From Hyphomicrobiales bacterium (GTDB taxonomy: Bacteria; Pseudomonadota; Alphaproteobacteria; Rhizobiales; JANPGK01): DNA of 64,000 bases. The stretch covers positions 58,683 to 122,682 of the forward strand of contig JANPGK010000005.1 of assembly GCA_031423895.1 (NCBI GenBank), given 5' to 3'. The notes beneath the pieces were generated by a model, which worked only from the letters and a program-made list of their open reading frames with translations, did no database searches and had not been told where the DNA came from. The translations under genes were made by a program, and so were the position numbers. Shown here one piece after another: positions 1-11,950 of the stretch. Each line of letters opens with the position of its first letter. The first letter of the stretch is position 1.

Positions 1-957
1 GGCATTCGCGCCACTTTAAACGTGGACGGCAAACGAGTAGATGGTGCACTGGCCACCATCGCGCCAAACGCCACCACCACGCTCGAATTTACCCCGCCCG
101 ATGCTGGCACTTATTATGCCGCAATCGCCAGCGAAAAACTCACAGGCACTGTGCCGATAATTGTGAATGGCGCATCACCTAAATTCGAACATGACCTCAC
201 CATTTCCATTAATGATCAAACTGGCAGCACCCCTGCCTTGCAATATTTTGTCAATAATTCTCAGCTCCTTGCACCCACCTTCTCACAAGGCGCATTGGTG
301 CGGGTACGGCTGCTCAACACCACGCGCAATTCGCTGATGCCGTTTGTATTTGCGGGCGGGCTGCTGCGCATCATCGCGTTTGATGGCCACGCCATCGAAC
401 CTTATGAGCCCTATAATGGCCGTGTGACCCTCAGCCCTGGCCAAAGGGCCGATGTCGCGGTGTTCATTCCGCAAAGCCAAATGCAAAGCTTCAAAATTGA
501 TACCATGCTGGGCGCAACGCCCTATCCATTATTCACGGCGCAAATTCAGCAATCGCTGCGAGAAAAAATTGCATTTCATGAAAAACTGGTAGCCCTACCG
601 CCCGCCAAAGTGCCCGACCGCTACCCGCTGGAGGATTCCGTGAAGGTGGATTGGAAAATTGATGAAGCCCCCGCGAAATCGCCCCTATTCAGCGCCAAAC
701 GCGGCCAAACCATTGTGCTCACACTGAATAATCCTCGCGATAAGCCCGTGATCACCCTATTTGAAGGCCATTGCATGCGCCCGCTCGACCTGCTCGATGA
801 TGGCATCAAGCCCTATGTGCGTGATGCGGTGGTGCTGAAGCCAAAACTCAATAATAAATATGCCTTCGTCGCCAATTTAGAAGGCACATGGGCCGTGCGT
901 ACATTTAATGTGACCGACGGCATGCTTCTGGGCGAGATGAAATTTGCGGTGGTGTGA
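1..957 (+). CDS. Multicopper oxidase-like protein (5'-truncated by window), copper ligands degenerate
   Basis: Frame is open from base 1. Cupredoxin-domain motifs VRVRLLN, IIAFDGHAIEP, LSPGQRADV, ANLEGTW are present, but the HxH/HCH motifs are absent. Confidence 0.7.
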   Translation, partial: GIRATLNVDGKRVDGALATIAPNATTTLEFTPPDAGTYYAAIASEKLTGTVPIIVNGASPKFEHDLTISINDQTGSTPALQYFVNNSQLLAPTFSQGALVRVRLLNTTRNSLMPFVFAGGLLRIIAFDGHAIEPYEPYNGRVTLSPGQRADVAVFIPQSQMQSFKIDTMLGATPYPLFTAQIQQSLREKIAFHEKLVALPPAKVPDRYPLEDSVKVDWKIDEAPAKSPLFSAKRGQTIVLTLNNPRDKPVITLFEGHCMRPLDLLDDGIKPYVRDAVVLKPKLNNKYAFVANLEGTWAVRTFNVTDGMLLGEMKFAVV

Positions 958-975
958 GCTCGTTAAAACATTTAC

Positions 976-1112
976 TTCCGCTCCCCCCTTGCGGGAGAGC
1001 TGTCGAGCTAATTCTATATTAGCGAGACTGAGGGGGGTATTCTGCTTCTGAATTAGATAAGAAAACCCCTCACCCGCCCTTCGGGCACCCTCTCCCGCAA
1101 GGGGAGAAGGAA
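976..1112. repeat. Palindromic intergenic repeat, family A (CIR/RPE-like), copy 1
   Basis: CCCCTTGCGGGA...TCCCGCAAGGGG terminal inverted arms. Shares GAGCTGTCGAGC, GCGAGACTGAGGGGGG and GAAAACCCCTCA with the copy at 12255. Confidence 0.85.
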
Positions 1113-1123
1113 GGATTGCACAC

Positions 1124-1596
1124 TCACACCAATTCTTCACCCTTAGCGCCAAACCATGATTTGAGTGACGGCATGCTGGCGTATAAACCACCAATAACTG
1201 CAAATGGCATGAGAATTTTGAGGACAATATTGTTTTTCTCGCAGAGGGTTTTGAAGTTGTTTATGAAAATACCCCAATCACCCGCTGTTAAAATATTATC
1301 CTTTTGTTGCGACACAATTGCACCTGCTGTTTGCTCAATACCTTTTCCTATTGGAGTAACATTAATTAATTTTCCTAGAAAAGTGCCATTTAAAAAATTT
1401 CTCTGTTGTTTTGCTATTAATTCTACTGGCTCCAATTGATCCATCGCGCTTAACTTCAAATTATGCAGCTGTTTAGATAATTTATAATTTCATGAGCAGT
1501 AACAGCTCCATCACCCTTTGTTATAACAAACTCAATAGCTTTATCTGGATTTGGCGTAACACCATTAGCGCGATCCATTTTCAAAAAATTATACAT
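1124..1596 (-). pseudogene. Tail-anchored orphan protein split by an apparent 1-nt frameshift near 1488-1490
   Basis: AAGGA RBS plus ATG at 1596 gives MYNFLKMDRANG...AHE. Adding one A to GAAA joins it to NYKLSKQLHNLKLSAMDQ...ILMPFAVIGGLYASMPSL (ORF 1124..1459). Confidence 0.55.
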
Positions 1597-1699
1597 ATTG
1601 TTTATTCCTTTTAACTATTTTTAGTTATAATATAATACAAATTTACTTCCCTACGCAAGTCCTTTGTTCTAGTGCTTTAGTATAATGGGAATGTTAGGC

Positions 1700-1773
1700 T
1701 GTCACCCCGTGTGCTGTGCAGCACGCAGTGATGCGCTGCTAACACGGGGGCTTACGACGATTGAGCTCAATCG
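1700..1773. repeat. TGTC-tagged hairpin (TGTCACCCCGTG...ACACGGGG) followed by a 16-bp perfect palindrome
   Basis: CCCCGTGT...ACACGGGG stem at 1705-1749; CGATTGAGCTCAATCG at 1758-1773. Confidence 0.55.
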
Positions 1774-1893
1774 GCTTAATATCCCGCATCTGCGTAGCAC
1801 AATTGCGCTTCGCTGATTATGCAACGCGTGCGGGACGACACCCCCATTAACATCTCTCCACCTGCCCATTTTTTATACAAACTACTCATTTTC

Positions 1894-1910
1894 TGCCCAA
1901 AATATAGGCA
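1894..1910. promoter_or_regulatory. Putative NtrC binding site
   Basis: TGCC-N9-GGCA about 75 bp upstream of a sigma54 promoter for glnBA. Confidence 0.55.
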
Positions 1911-1982
1911 ATTCATCCCATTCATCCACAGCATTTGCCCTGCACACACCCAAAAACGCGGCAAATGAAACAAAAACGCATT

Positions 1983-1998
1983 TGGCACGGGTTTTGCT
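1983..1998 (+). promoter_or_regulatory. Sigma54 (-24/-12) promoter of glnB-glnA
   Basis: TGGCAC-GGGTT-TTGCT matches TGGCAC-N5-TTGC. Confidence 0.85.
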
Positions 1999-2036
1999 CT
2001 TAATATATCGTTTACAAACTTAAACCCAGCGCGTAG

Positions 2037-2411
<375 letters not shown>

Positions 2412-2461
2412 GCTTCTGAACCAACCACCTTCCACCCCACCCTACCCACAAAGGTTTTAAA

Positions 2462-3871
2462 ATGAGTGCTGCAAAATCAATTATGAAACTTATGAAAGAG
2501 AAAGATGTTAAATACGTCGATTTTCGTTTCACCGATTATAAAGGCAAATGGCAACATGTAACATTCGATGTTACAATGGTTGACGAAGATTTGTTCAATG
2601 AAGGCATTATGTTTGACGGCTCTTCAATTGCTGGCTGGAAGGCCATCAATGAATCCGACATGATGTTGAAGCCGATTGCCGAAACAGCACAAATCGACCC
2701 ATTCTTCGCACAAACCACGCTGTCAGTGGTGTGCGATATTCTCGACCCAATCTCTGAAACGCCCTATAATCGTGATCCGCGCTCAATATGCCAAGCGGCT
2801 GAAGCCTATATGCGCAAGCTCGGCGTGGCCGACACTGCCTATTTCGGCCCAGAGGCTGAATTCTTTATTTTTGACGATGTGCGTTTCAGCGCAACCCCAT
2901 ACGATATCAGCGTAAAACTTGATGATTTCGAATTGCCGACCAACAACAATCGCAAGATTGAAGGTGGTAACAATGGTCACCACATCCCTGTAAAAGGCGG
3001 CTACTTCCCAGTGCCGCCTTTGGATACCTGCCAAGATCTGCGCGGTGAAATGCTCGCAGCTGTTGCGGCAATGGGTGTGACTGTTGAAAAACATCACCAC
3101 GAAGTGGCCTCGGCTCAGCACGAATTGGGTATTAAATTCTCCCAAATCACCACCTGTGCCGACCAAATGCAAATTTACAAATATTGTGTACACAATGTTG
3201 CAAATGCATATGGCAAAACCGCAACCTTCATGCCGAAACCAGTCTATGGCGACAATGGCTCGGGCATGCATGTGCATCAATCCTTGTGGAAAGATGGCAA
3301 GCCAGTATTTGCTGGCAATGAATATGCTGGCCTGTCAGAAACCTGCCTCTACTACATCGGCGGTATTTTGAAACATGCCAAAGCCCTCAACGCCTTCACC
3401 AACCCATCCACAAACTCTTACAAGCGTTTGGTGCCAGGGTTTGAAGCGCCAGTGTTGTTGGCCTATTCTGCACGCAACCGTTCGGCCTCTTGCCGCATTC
3501 CGTTCAGCAAATCGCCAAAAGCAAAACGTGTTGAAATCCGCTTCCCAGACCCAACCGCCAACCCATACTTGGCATTCTCGGCCATGTTGATGGCTGGTTT
3601 GGATGGCATCAAAAACAAAATACACCCAGGCGCAGCCCGCGATGAAGATTTGTATGAATTGCCAGAAGCAAAATTGAAAAAAATCCCAACTGTTGCCGCA
3701 TCACTGCGTGAAGCATTGGATTGCCTGAATAAAGACCGCGCATTCCTCACCGCAGGCGGCGTGTTCTCCGACGACATGATCGACTCCTACATTGAATTGA
3801 AAATGAAGGATGTGATCCGTTTCGAACATACCCCACACCCTGTGGAATTCGAAATGTACTATTCCGTATAA
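2462..3871 (+). CDS. glnA: Glutamine synthetase type I
   Basis: [38 protein letters not shown]. Confidence 0.98.
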   Translation: MSAAKSIMKLMKEKDVKYVDFRFTDYKGKWQHVTFDVTMVDEDLFNEGIMFDGSSIAGWKAINESDMMLKPIAETAQIDPFFAQTTLSVVCDILDPISETPYNRDPRSICQAAEAYMRKLGVADTAYFGPEAEFFIFDDVRFSATPYDISVKLDDFELPTNNNRKIEGGNNGHHIPVKGGYFPVPPLDTCQDLRGEMLAAVAAMGVTVEKHHHEVASAQHELGIKFSQITTCADQMQIYKYCVHNVANAYGKTATFMPKPVYGDNGSGMHVHQSLWKDGKPVFAGNEYAGLSETCLYYIGGILKHAKALNAFTNPSTNSYKRLVPGFEAPVLLAYSARNRSASCRIPFSKSPKAKRVEIRFPDPTANPYLAFSAMLMAGLDGIKNKIHPGAARDEDLYELPEAKLKKIPTVAASLREALDCLNKDRAFLTAGGVFSDDMIDSYIELKMKDVIRFEHTPHPVEFEMYYSV

Positions 3872-3900
3872 GCGTCTATCGTTTCTCCATTAAACTTAAG

Positions 3901-3935
3901 CGCCTCATATGAGCAATCATATGGGGCGTTTTTTT
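3901..3935 (+). terminator. Rho-independent terminator after glnA
   Basis: CGCCTCATATGA-GCAA-TCATATGGGGCG followed by T7. Confidence 0.85.
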
Positions 3936-4191
3936 GCGCAGAAAAAATATCCACATACAATTGGGTGCATCAAGCCGCACGAGGGAATATGCACTATTCC
4001 GCCGCGTTGTCTGCCAATTGCACATGAATAATCAATCTCCACGCGCATAGTTTTATTCACCTGTCAAAGAGCGTGAGCGCATCACTTCACAGCAATACAT
4101 TCAACACTCATAATATCATGGCGCGCGTAGGGGTGGATAGATTGGGGTGAAATTGAGGGATATCAAAGGGATAGGTGGTGGAAAAACGCAA

Positions 4192-4282
4192 CGTCATTGC
4201 GAGCGTAACGCAGTGAAGCGCGGCAATCCAGAAATTGAAGAACTGGATTGCGTCGTCGATAAAGGATCTCCTCGCAATGACG
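4192..4282. repeat. CGTC-tagged palindromic element, family B, copy 1
   Basis: Perfect 12-bp TIRs CGTCATTGCGAG/CTCGCAATGACG and internal GCAATCCAG...CTGGATTGC. Similar copy at 52462. Confidence 0.85.
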
Positions 4283-4301
4283 TAGTAAGATCAGCTCCTA
4301 C

Positions 4302-5612
<1,311 letters not shown>

Positions 5613-5711
5613 TTACACCTTTGGGGCGTAGCCGTAAAGGCGAAAATTCAGAAACAATGCCCCATGTATGTGAGTACACAGGGCATGATTTTTTGATATT
5701 AGAAGTAACGA

Positions 5712-6257
5712 TTATTTGCCGCCTGTCATACGCTGCAACACACCATCTTTATCGATAAAACGATGCTTCAAACCTGCCAAAATATGCACAACAATCAACG
5801 CAATAAGAATATTGCCGCCATAGCCATGTGCTGCGCGGGCAAGCGTGCCGAGCACTTCATCTTTCGTGGCAAATGCTGGAATTGTGAACAGGCCGAACAC
5901 AGATGTGGGATAGCCTTTTGCCGCGCCCATGATGAGGCCAGAAATTGGCAAGGCAATCGCCATCACCATCAGCAAGCCATGCAGCGCGTGCCCCAAACCT
6001 TTTTGCATTTTGCTGATTGAAAAATCATAGGATGGGAAACCATTTTTCAAACGCCACACGATGCGCCACAACCCAAGCACCAACAATGTGGCGCCAAATG
6101 ATTTATGCAAACCCACAAGCGCCGCTTTATCTGGGCCTTTTGGCATATCTTCAAACAACACGCCGCTCACCAACATCCCGATGATGAGCAAGCCAATCAC
6201 CCAGTGATTAAGCTTTGAAATGCCGCCATATTTTGTTTCTGTATCTTTCGCACACAT
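5712..6257 (-). CDS. Cytochrome b561 (CybB/YceJ family)
   Basis: Four TM segments with heme His in NHW, LHKSFG, HALH, AAHG and HILAGLKH. Confidence 0.9.
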   Translation of the reverse strand: MCAKDTETKYGGISKLNHWVIGLLIIGMLVSGVLFEDMPKGPDKAALVGLHKSFGATLLVLGLWRIVWRLKNGFPSYDFSISKMQKGLGHALHGLLMVMAIALPISGLIMGAAKGYPTSVFGLFTIPAFATKDEVLGTLARAAHGYGGNILIALIVVHILAGLKHRFIDKDGVLQRMTGGK

Positions 6258-6318
6258 AGTGATTCCTCCATTTTTGAATAACCCTAACCACTGCTATGGA
6301 GAATGTCAGTAATAAAAT

Positions 6319-6332
6319 TTGATGTATGTCAA
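6319..6332. promoter_or_regulatory. FNR/FixK-type box upstream of cytochrome b561
   Basis: TTGAT-GTAT-GTCAA (one mismatch to TTGAT-N4-ATCAA). Confidence 0.7.
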
Positions 6333-6466
6333 ATACTGTTGACTTGCCTCATTCTCCCTTTTATGGAGATAATCCATCATATTACAGTATAAAAATTTGT
6401 GGATACTACCCTTGAGGGGTATGATGAGGAGCTATTTCATTTACCAATTGCGTATCAGTCAAAAAG

Positions 6467-6925
6467 CTAAGCGCTTTTTGCGTCATTTCCTACAGCCGAT
6501 TTATTCAATAAACTGGGCAAAAATGCAAGTGCAAGCAAAGCTATAGATGCAACTTTAAAGTAAATATTAGATCCATTTTTGCTGAGCATTGTAAATTCAC
6601 CTTGCATATTCTTTCTTACTGCATCAACTGCATGTGTTTCCGCTAGCGTCCATTCAGCTGTTTTATCAACCCACAAACGAGCAGTTGTTACGCAAGGACC
6701 GTTTTTGTCTACCCACGAATTGCCAAGAGCATTAATACCTGGACAATCATACATTTGCTCTTTGATATTGGAACCAGCAAGATTCTGAACGTAATTAACA
6801 TATTTGCTTGAATTCTCTACTTTCGCTAAATCAAGCTTAAATGCTCCACTAAGATTTTTTAAGGAAAAATGATGTGTAGGAACCCACCCATCGACCATTA
6901 AAGATTTAACAGTTTCAATACTCAT
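6467..6925 (-). CDS. Orphan tail-anchored protein (152 aa)
   Basis: AT-rich ORF with GAGGA RBS and upstream TTGACA. Single C-terminal hydrophobic helix VASIALLALAFLPSLL followed by NK and a short tail. Confidence 0.7.
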   Translation of the reverse strand: MSIETVKSLMVDGWVPTHHFSLKNLSGAFKLDLAKVENSSKYVNYVQNLAGSNIKEQMYDCPGINALGNSWVDKNGPCVTTARLWVDKTAEWTLAETHAVDAVRKNMQGEFTMLSKNGSNIYFKVASIALLALAFLPSLLNKSAVGNDAKSA

Positions 6926-7043
6926 TTTATCCTCATATCTCTAGTTAAAACCAATTATTGTAAAATAAGTTACATATGAATAACATCGCTTTTATGCAAT
7001 GTCAAACTTAATATTTATTTTTGGAACTAACCAACAACAGCGA

Positions 7044-8333
7044 TTACACAAACATGCTCATTGGCTTTTCAATATAGCCTTTGAATGCTTGCAGCAATTC
7101 GGCCCCCAGCGCGCCATCCACAGCGCGATGATCGGTCGAAAGCGTGACAGACATAACGTTGGCCACAACGATTTGCCCTTTTTTCACCACTGCGCGCTCT
7201 TCTCCAGCGCCTACAGCCAAAATAGTGGCATGTGGCGGGTTGATGATGGCGGCGAAGTCTTTCACGCCAAACATGCCAAGGTTGGAAACGGCAGTTGAGC
7301 CGCCTTGATATTCATCAGGTTTCAACTTGCGTTTACGAGCACGGCCTGCAAGGTCTTTGATATCATTGGAAATTTGCGAGATCGACTTGAGATTTGCTTG
7401 GCGCACCACTGGGGTGAACAAGCCACCTTCTACCGAAACGGCCACACCCACATCGGAATCCTTATGCAGCAAAATGGCGCTATCGGTCCATGACGCATTT
7501 GCGGCAGGCACTTTTTGCAGCGCCATGGCGTGGGCTTTCACCACAAAATCATTCACGGAAAGCTTATAGGTGGGCTTACCATCCACTTCTGGTGCGGCAG
7601 CGTTCATGTCTGCACGCACTTTCAGCAATGCGTCTAGCTCGCAATCTACAGTGAGGTAGAAATGCGGCACGGTGAGCTTGCATTCCATCAAGCGCTTAGC
7701 GATGGTTTTACGCATGCCATCATTCGGAACTTCAGTGAAGCTGCCGGCAACATAGGTGGCGCGCACTTGCGCCTCTGTCATGCCGGTTGGAATTGCACCG
7801 CCCGAAGCCGCTACAGCAACTGGTGCAGCTGGCTTTAGGCTTGGGTTGGCAATGTCGGCCGCAATCACACGCCCACGTGGCCCAGAGCCCTTTACGGCAG
7901 CAATATCAATGCTTTTTTCTTTTGCCAAACGCTTGGCAAGGGGGGATGCGAAGGTTTTAGCGCCAGAAGCAACAACGGGAGCCGCCACAGGTATTGGGGC
8001 TGAAGCTTGAGCGGGTACCGCTGTGGCAGGGGCTGCCGCAGGTGCCGCTTTTGCGGCAACAGGAGCTGCTTTCACATCCCCCGCACTCTCACCCTCTTCC
8101 AAAATCACGGCGATCAGCGTATTCACGGGCACATCTTGCGTGCCCTCCGCCACAAGAATTTGCCCCAACGTGCCTTCATCCACCGCTTCCACTTCCATGG
8201 TGGCTTTGTCAGTTTCAATCTCGCACAATACATCGCCAGACTTCACTTTATCGCCAGTTTTTTTCAGCCATTTGGCCAAATTACCCTTTTCCATGGTGGG
8301 CGAAAGTGCAGGCATAAGAACGTTGATGGGCAT
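7044..8333 (-). CDS. pdhC: Pyruvate dehydrogenase E2 (dihydrolipoamide acetyltransferase)
   Basis: Lipoyl motif EIETDKA, E3-binding ASPLAKRLA, catalytic DHRAVDG. Confidence 0.97.
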   Translation of the reverse strand: MPINVLMPALSPTMEKGNLAKWLKKTGDKVKSGDVLCEIETDKATMEVEAVDEGTLGQILVAEGTQDVPVNTLIAVILEEGESAGDVKAAPVAAKAAPAAAPATAVPAQASAPIPVAAPVVASGAKTFASPLAKRLAKEKSIDIAAVKGSGPRGRVIAADIANPSLKPAAPVAVAASGGAIPTGMTEAQVRATYVAGSFTEVPNDGMRKTIAKRLMECKLTVPHFYLTVDCELDALLKVRADMNAAAPEVDGKPTYKLSVNDFVVKAHAMALQKVPAANASWTDSAILLHKDSDVGVAVSVEGGLFTPVVRQANLKSISQISNDIKDLAGRARKRKLKPDEYQGGSTAVSNLGMFGVKDFAAIINPPHATILAVGAGEERAVVKKGQIVVANVMSVTLSTDHRAVDGALGAELLQAFKGYIEKPMSMFV

Positions 8334-8340
8334 AAGATCC

Positions 8341-8643
8341 TCACGATTTATCTGAAATTATGTGTTTAGGTATGATGTAACTAGAAAAGAACACACCTAA
8401 ACCTGATAGAATAGATACAAAAGCAGCCAATCTGCTTGCTGCTGTATACTTATATTGAGGTGCCTTGCCTGTCGTAAACGCATCAACAGCACGATAGCAC
8501 CACTGATTACTTGGTTCACTTGATAATTCAGCACTGGAAGCTATAGTTGAAAAACCTCTAGCCACAACTGCATGATAAATCAAAGATGTACCACAAGCGA
8601 TGCGCCCAATACTCTGCGGTAAACTGAAATCATTATCCGCCAT
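8341..8643 (-). CDS. Orphan small membrane protein inserted between pdhB and pdhC
   Basis: AT-rich 100-aa ORF filling the pdhB-pdhC gap exactly; C-terminal hydrophobic stretch LAAFVSILSGLGVFFSSYII. Confidence 0.55.
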   Translation of the reverse strand: MADNDFSLPQSIGRIACGTSLIYHAVVARGFSTIASSAELSSEPSNQWCYRAVDAFTTGKAPQYKYTAASRLAAFVSILSGLGVFFSSYIIPKHIISDKS

Positions 8644-8646
8644 AAT

Positions 8647-10002
8647 TTATGCCTTATAACACACGGTTTTTACAGCAGCCACAACCTCGCCCACATTTGG
8701 CAAAGCCAGTTTTTCCAAATTGGCAGCATATGGCATGGGCACGTCTTTCCCTGTGATGCGGATCACGGGCGCATCGAGATAGTCGAACGCGCGCTCCATG
8801 ATGGTGGCAATAATTTCAGCCCCCACACCCGATTGCGGGAAGCCTTCTTCCACGGTCACGCAGCGGCCCGTTTTCATCACCGATGCGATGATCGCGTCTT
8901 TATCCATGGGGCGGATGGTGCGCAAATCGATAATTTCTGCATCAATGCCTTCAGCCGCCAAAATTTCAGCCGCTTTATTGGCGTATGTATTGCCGATACC
9001 AAATGTGATGATCGACACATCCTTGCCCGCACGCGCCACACGCGCTTTGCCGATGGGCACTGTGTAATCGTCCATCACGGGCACATCAAATGTTTGCCCA
9101 TACAAAATTTCATTCTCTAAAAAAATCACAGGGTTGGGGTCGCGAATGGCCGATTTCAGCAAGCCTTTGGCATCGGCCGCCGTATATGGCATCACCACTT
9201 TAAGGCCTGGCACGTTGGAATACCACGCAGCGTAATCATGGCTGTGCTGCGCGCCCACACGGGCGGCGGCACCGTTTGGCCCACGGAACACAATGGGGCA
9301 CCCAAGCTGGCCACCCGACATATAGAGCGTTTTTGCAGCGGAATTGATAATGTGATCAATGGCTTGCATAGCGAAGTTAAATGTCATGAACTCCACGATT
9401 GGCTTGAGGCCAACAAAGGCCGCGCCCACACCAATGCCGGCAAAACCATGCTCGGTAATCGGGGTATCCACCACGCGGCGCTCGCCAAATTCTTGCAGCA
9501 AGCCTTGCGTAATTTTGTAGGCGCCTTGATATTCAGCCACCTCTTCACCCATCACAAACACGCCTTCATCGCGGCGCATTTCTTCCGCCATTGCATCGCG
9601 CAAGGCTTCACGCACAGTAGTCGGCTTCATTTGTGTACCCGCTGGCACATCCATTTCAGGCGCAACGGCGGCAATAATTGCGGGCGCGGCAATAGCTTCT
9701 GCAACTGGAGCTGCCACAGCAGGGGCTGCGCTTGCGTTTGGTACGGCGCTTACACTTTCCCCATCCTGCGCAATAATCGCGATCAGCGTGTTGACAGGCA
9801 CATCTTGAGTACCTTCTGCCACCAGAATTTTGGCCAAAACGCCTTCATCAATCGCTTCAATTTCCATGGTGGCTTTGTCGGTTTCAATCTCAGCAAGCAC
9901 ATCGCCAGATTTCACAACATCACCCTCTTTTTTTAGCCATTTGGCCAAATTGCCCTTTTCCATTGTGGGCGAAAGTGCAGGCATTAAAATATCGACTGGC
10001 AT
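8647..10002 (-). CDS. pdhB: Pyruvate dehydrogenase E1 beta with N-terminal lipoyl domain
   Basis: EIETDKA lipoyl domain, [25 protein letters not shown]. Confidence 0.97.
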   Translation of the reverse strand: MPVDILMPALSPTMEKGNLAKWLKKEGDVVKSGDVLAEIETDKATMEIEAIDEGVLAKILVAEGTQDVPVNTLIAIIAQDGESVSAVPNASAAPAVAAPVAEAIAAPAIIAAVAPEMDVPAGTQMKPTTVREALRDAMAEEMRRDEGVFVMGEEVAEYQGAYKITQGLLQEFGERRVVDTPITEHGFAGIGVGAAFVGLKPIVEFMTFNFAMQAIDHIINSAAKTLYMSGGQLGCPIVFRGPNGAAARVGAQHSHDYAAWYSNVPGLKVVMPYTAADAKGLLKSAIRDPNPVIFLENEILYGQTFDVPVMDDYTVPIGKARVARAGKDVSIITFGIGNTYANKAAEILAAEGIDAEIIDLRTIRPMDKDAIIASVMKTGRCVTVEEGFPQSGVGAEIIATIMERAFDYLDAPVIRITGKDVPMPYAANLEKLALPNVGEVVAAVKTVCYKA

Positions 10003-10017
10003 AGGGGAAACTCCAAC

Positions 10018-11031
10018 TTACAGCAAAATGTCGGTGTAAAGCTCAGACGCATCTGGCTCAGGATTTGTGGTCGCAAATTCGGCAGAGGCATTCACCCGCT
10101 CGCGAATTTCACGTTCAATCGATTTGAGGGTGTCCTCGGTGGTCATGCCATTGGCCAACATGCGCGCTCGCACCATGTCGATCGGGTCGTGATCCGCCCG
10201 CATTTTTTCCACTTCGTCTTTCGCGCGATATTTGGCAGGGTCACTCATGGAATGGCCTCTATATCTATACGTTTTCATTTCCAGAATATAAGGGCCTTTG
10301 CCGCTACGTGCATGTTCAATGGCGCGCAAACCCGCCTCGCGCACGGCGCGCACATCCATGCCATCCACAGCTTCACCAGGGATGTTGAACGAAATACCGC
10401 GTTTGTAAAAATCGGGCTCACTTGAGGCGCGATGCACCGATGTGCCCATAGCATATTGATTGTTTTCAATCACATACACCACTGGCAAGTTCCACAGCTT
10501 CGCCATGTTAAAGCTTTCATACACCTGGCCTTGGTTGGCCGCGCCATCCCCAAAATAGGTGAGGCTCACTTGCTTCGAACCATTATATTTATTGGCGAAG
10601 GCCAGCCCAGTGCCCAGGGCAACCTGTGCGCCCACAATGCCGTGGCCACCATAAAAATGCTTCTCTTTCGAGAACATATGCATCGAGCCACCCTTGCCTT
10701 TGGAATAGCCACCAATACGGCCTGTCAGCTCGGCCATCACGCCGTTCGGGTCCATCCCCGCAGCCAGCATATGGCCATGGTCGCGATATGCGGTGATGAG
10801 CTGATCCCCATCTTGCGTGGCCATTTGCATGCCCACCACCACAGCCTCTTGGCCAATATAGAGGTGGCAAAATCCGCCGATCAACCCCATGCCATAGAGC
10901 TGGCCGGCCTTTTCTTCAAAGCGACGGATCAACAACATATCCGCATAAGCGCGCACTTCATCGGCCTTATTAAAGGCGATGTTATGCCCGATTGCAGATT
11001 TTTCCGTGGTGGCTTGGTTCGTTTTTGCCAT
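10018..11031 (-). CDS. pdhA: Pyruvate dehydrogenase E1 alpha
   Basis: GFCHLYIGQEA, GKGGSMH, TPP motif GDGAANQGQ, YRYRGHSMSDP. Confidence 0.97.
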   Translation of the reverse strand: MAKTNQATTEKSAIGHNIAFNKADEVRAYADMLLIRRFEEKAGQLYGMGLIGGFCHLYIGQEAVVVGMQMATQDGDQLITAYRDHGHMLAAGMDPNGVMAELTGRIGGYSKGKGGSMHMFSKEKHFYGGHGIVGAQVALGTGLAFANKYNGSKQVSLTYFGDGAANQGQVYESFNMAKLWNLPVVYVIENNQYAMGTSVHRASSEPDFYKRGISFNIPGEAVDGMDVRAVREAGLRAIEHARSGKGPYILEMKTYRYRGHSMSDPAKYRAKDEVEKMRADHDPIDMVRARMLANGMTTEDTLKSIEREIRERVNASAEFATTNPEPDASELYTDILL

Positions 11032-11228
11032 ATACGAGGCTCCCTAAAACGCATCATTTTATAAATATTACGTGCGATACCCTAAGGTCGCGCTGCACCT
11101 ATACACGCCTTGGCATAAGTACACAAAGGGTTCAATCATGTTATGCACATTTTGTAACGCTGCAACGCAACAAAAATACGCGATTTTTTGGGGATTTTTG
11201 GGGATTGTCGTGAATTTAATCAGAAATT

Positions 11229-11855
11229 TCAAATGGAGCGGTTTAGCAGTGCTAAAAATTTCGCTTGCTCCGCGGCATCATCCGCAAATGCGCCCATAAA
11301 ACGGGTGGTGATGGTTTTCACACCCTGCTTTTGTGCGCCGCGCATGCTCATGCACATATGCTCGCCTTCCAAAATAAGAGCCAGCCCACGCGGGTTGAGG
11401 TGCTCCATAACGGAATCAGTGATCTGCTGGGTGAGCGCTTCTTGCGTTTGCAGGCGGCGGGCGAAAATATCCACCACACGCGCCAATTTGGAAAGCCCAA
11501 CAACGCCTTCGCGCGGATAATACGCAATATGTGCCTTGCCGATAAACGGCACCACATGATGCTCACAATGCGAGAAAAACTGAATATCGCGCAACAGCAC
11601 CATGTCGTCATAGCCGCTCACATCATCAAATACGCGCTCGAGTACATCCTTAGGCGATTCAGTATAGCCCTTGAACAGCTCTTCATAGGCCTTCACAAAG
11701 CGTTTTGGCGTGTCGAGCAGGCCTTCACGCTCAATATCCTCACCAATGTAGCTCAGTAACACGCGCACTGCATCTTCTGCTTGTGCACGCGATGGTCGCG
11801 GATGTTCAATTTTTGCTGCTTTTTTACAAGGAAATTGTGTGATGCGATGGTCCAT
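11229..11855 (-). CDS. folE: GTP cyclohydrolase I
   Basis: [44 protein letters not shown]. Confidence 0.96.
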   Translation of the reverse strand: MDHRITQFPCKKAAKIEHPRPSRAQAEDAVRVLLSYIGEDIEREGLLDTPKRFVKAYEELFKGYTESPKDVLERVFDDVSGYDDMVLLRDIQFFSHCEHHVVPFIGKAHIAYYPREGVVGLSKLARVVDIFARRLQTQEALTQQITDSVMEHLNPRGLALILEGEHMCMSMRGAQKQGVKTITTRFMGAFADDAAEQAKFLALLNRSI

Positions 11856-11950
11856 TGAGGCGCACTCATTATTTGCTGACAGAAGCCTGCCATTGGGTTA
11901 CAGTCGCGTATATACCACATTTTACATGGCAGCGATAGAAAGAAATCCAC

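Noticed and set aside
877-1439. ORFs 877..1227 (-) and 1116..1439 (+)
   Set aside because: The first reads through the family A repeat and antisense to the MCO-like gene; the second is antisense to the tail-anchored orphan.
1776-1988. 70-aa minus-strand ORF upstream of glnB
   Set aside because: It overlaps the NtrC site and sigma54 promoter, with no RBS or protein-like features.
6407-6421. TACCC-N5-GGGTA, CsoR/RcnR-like operator
   Set aside because: Short palindrome with no cognate regulator or metal-efflux gene adjacent; chance cannot be excluded.
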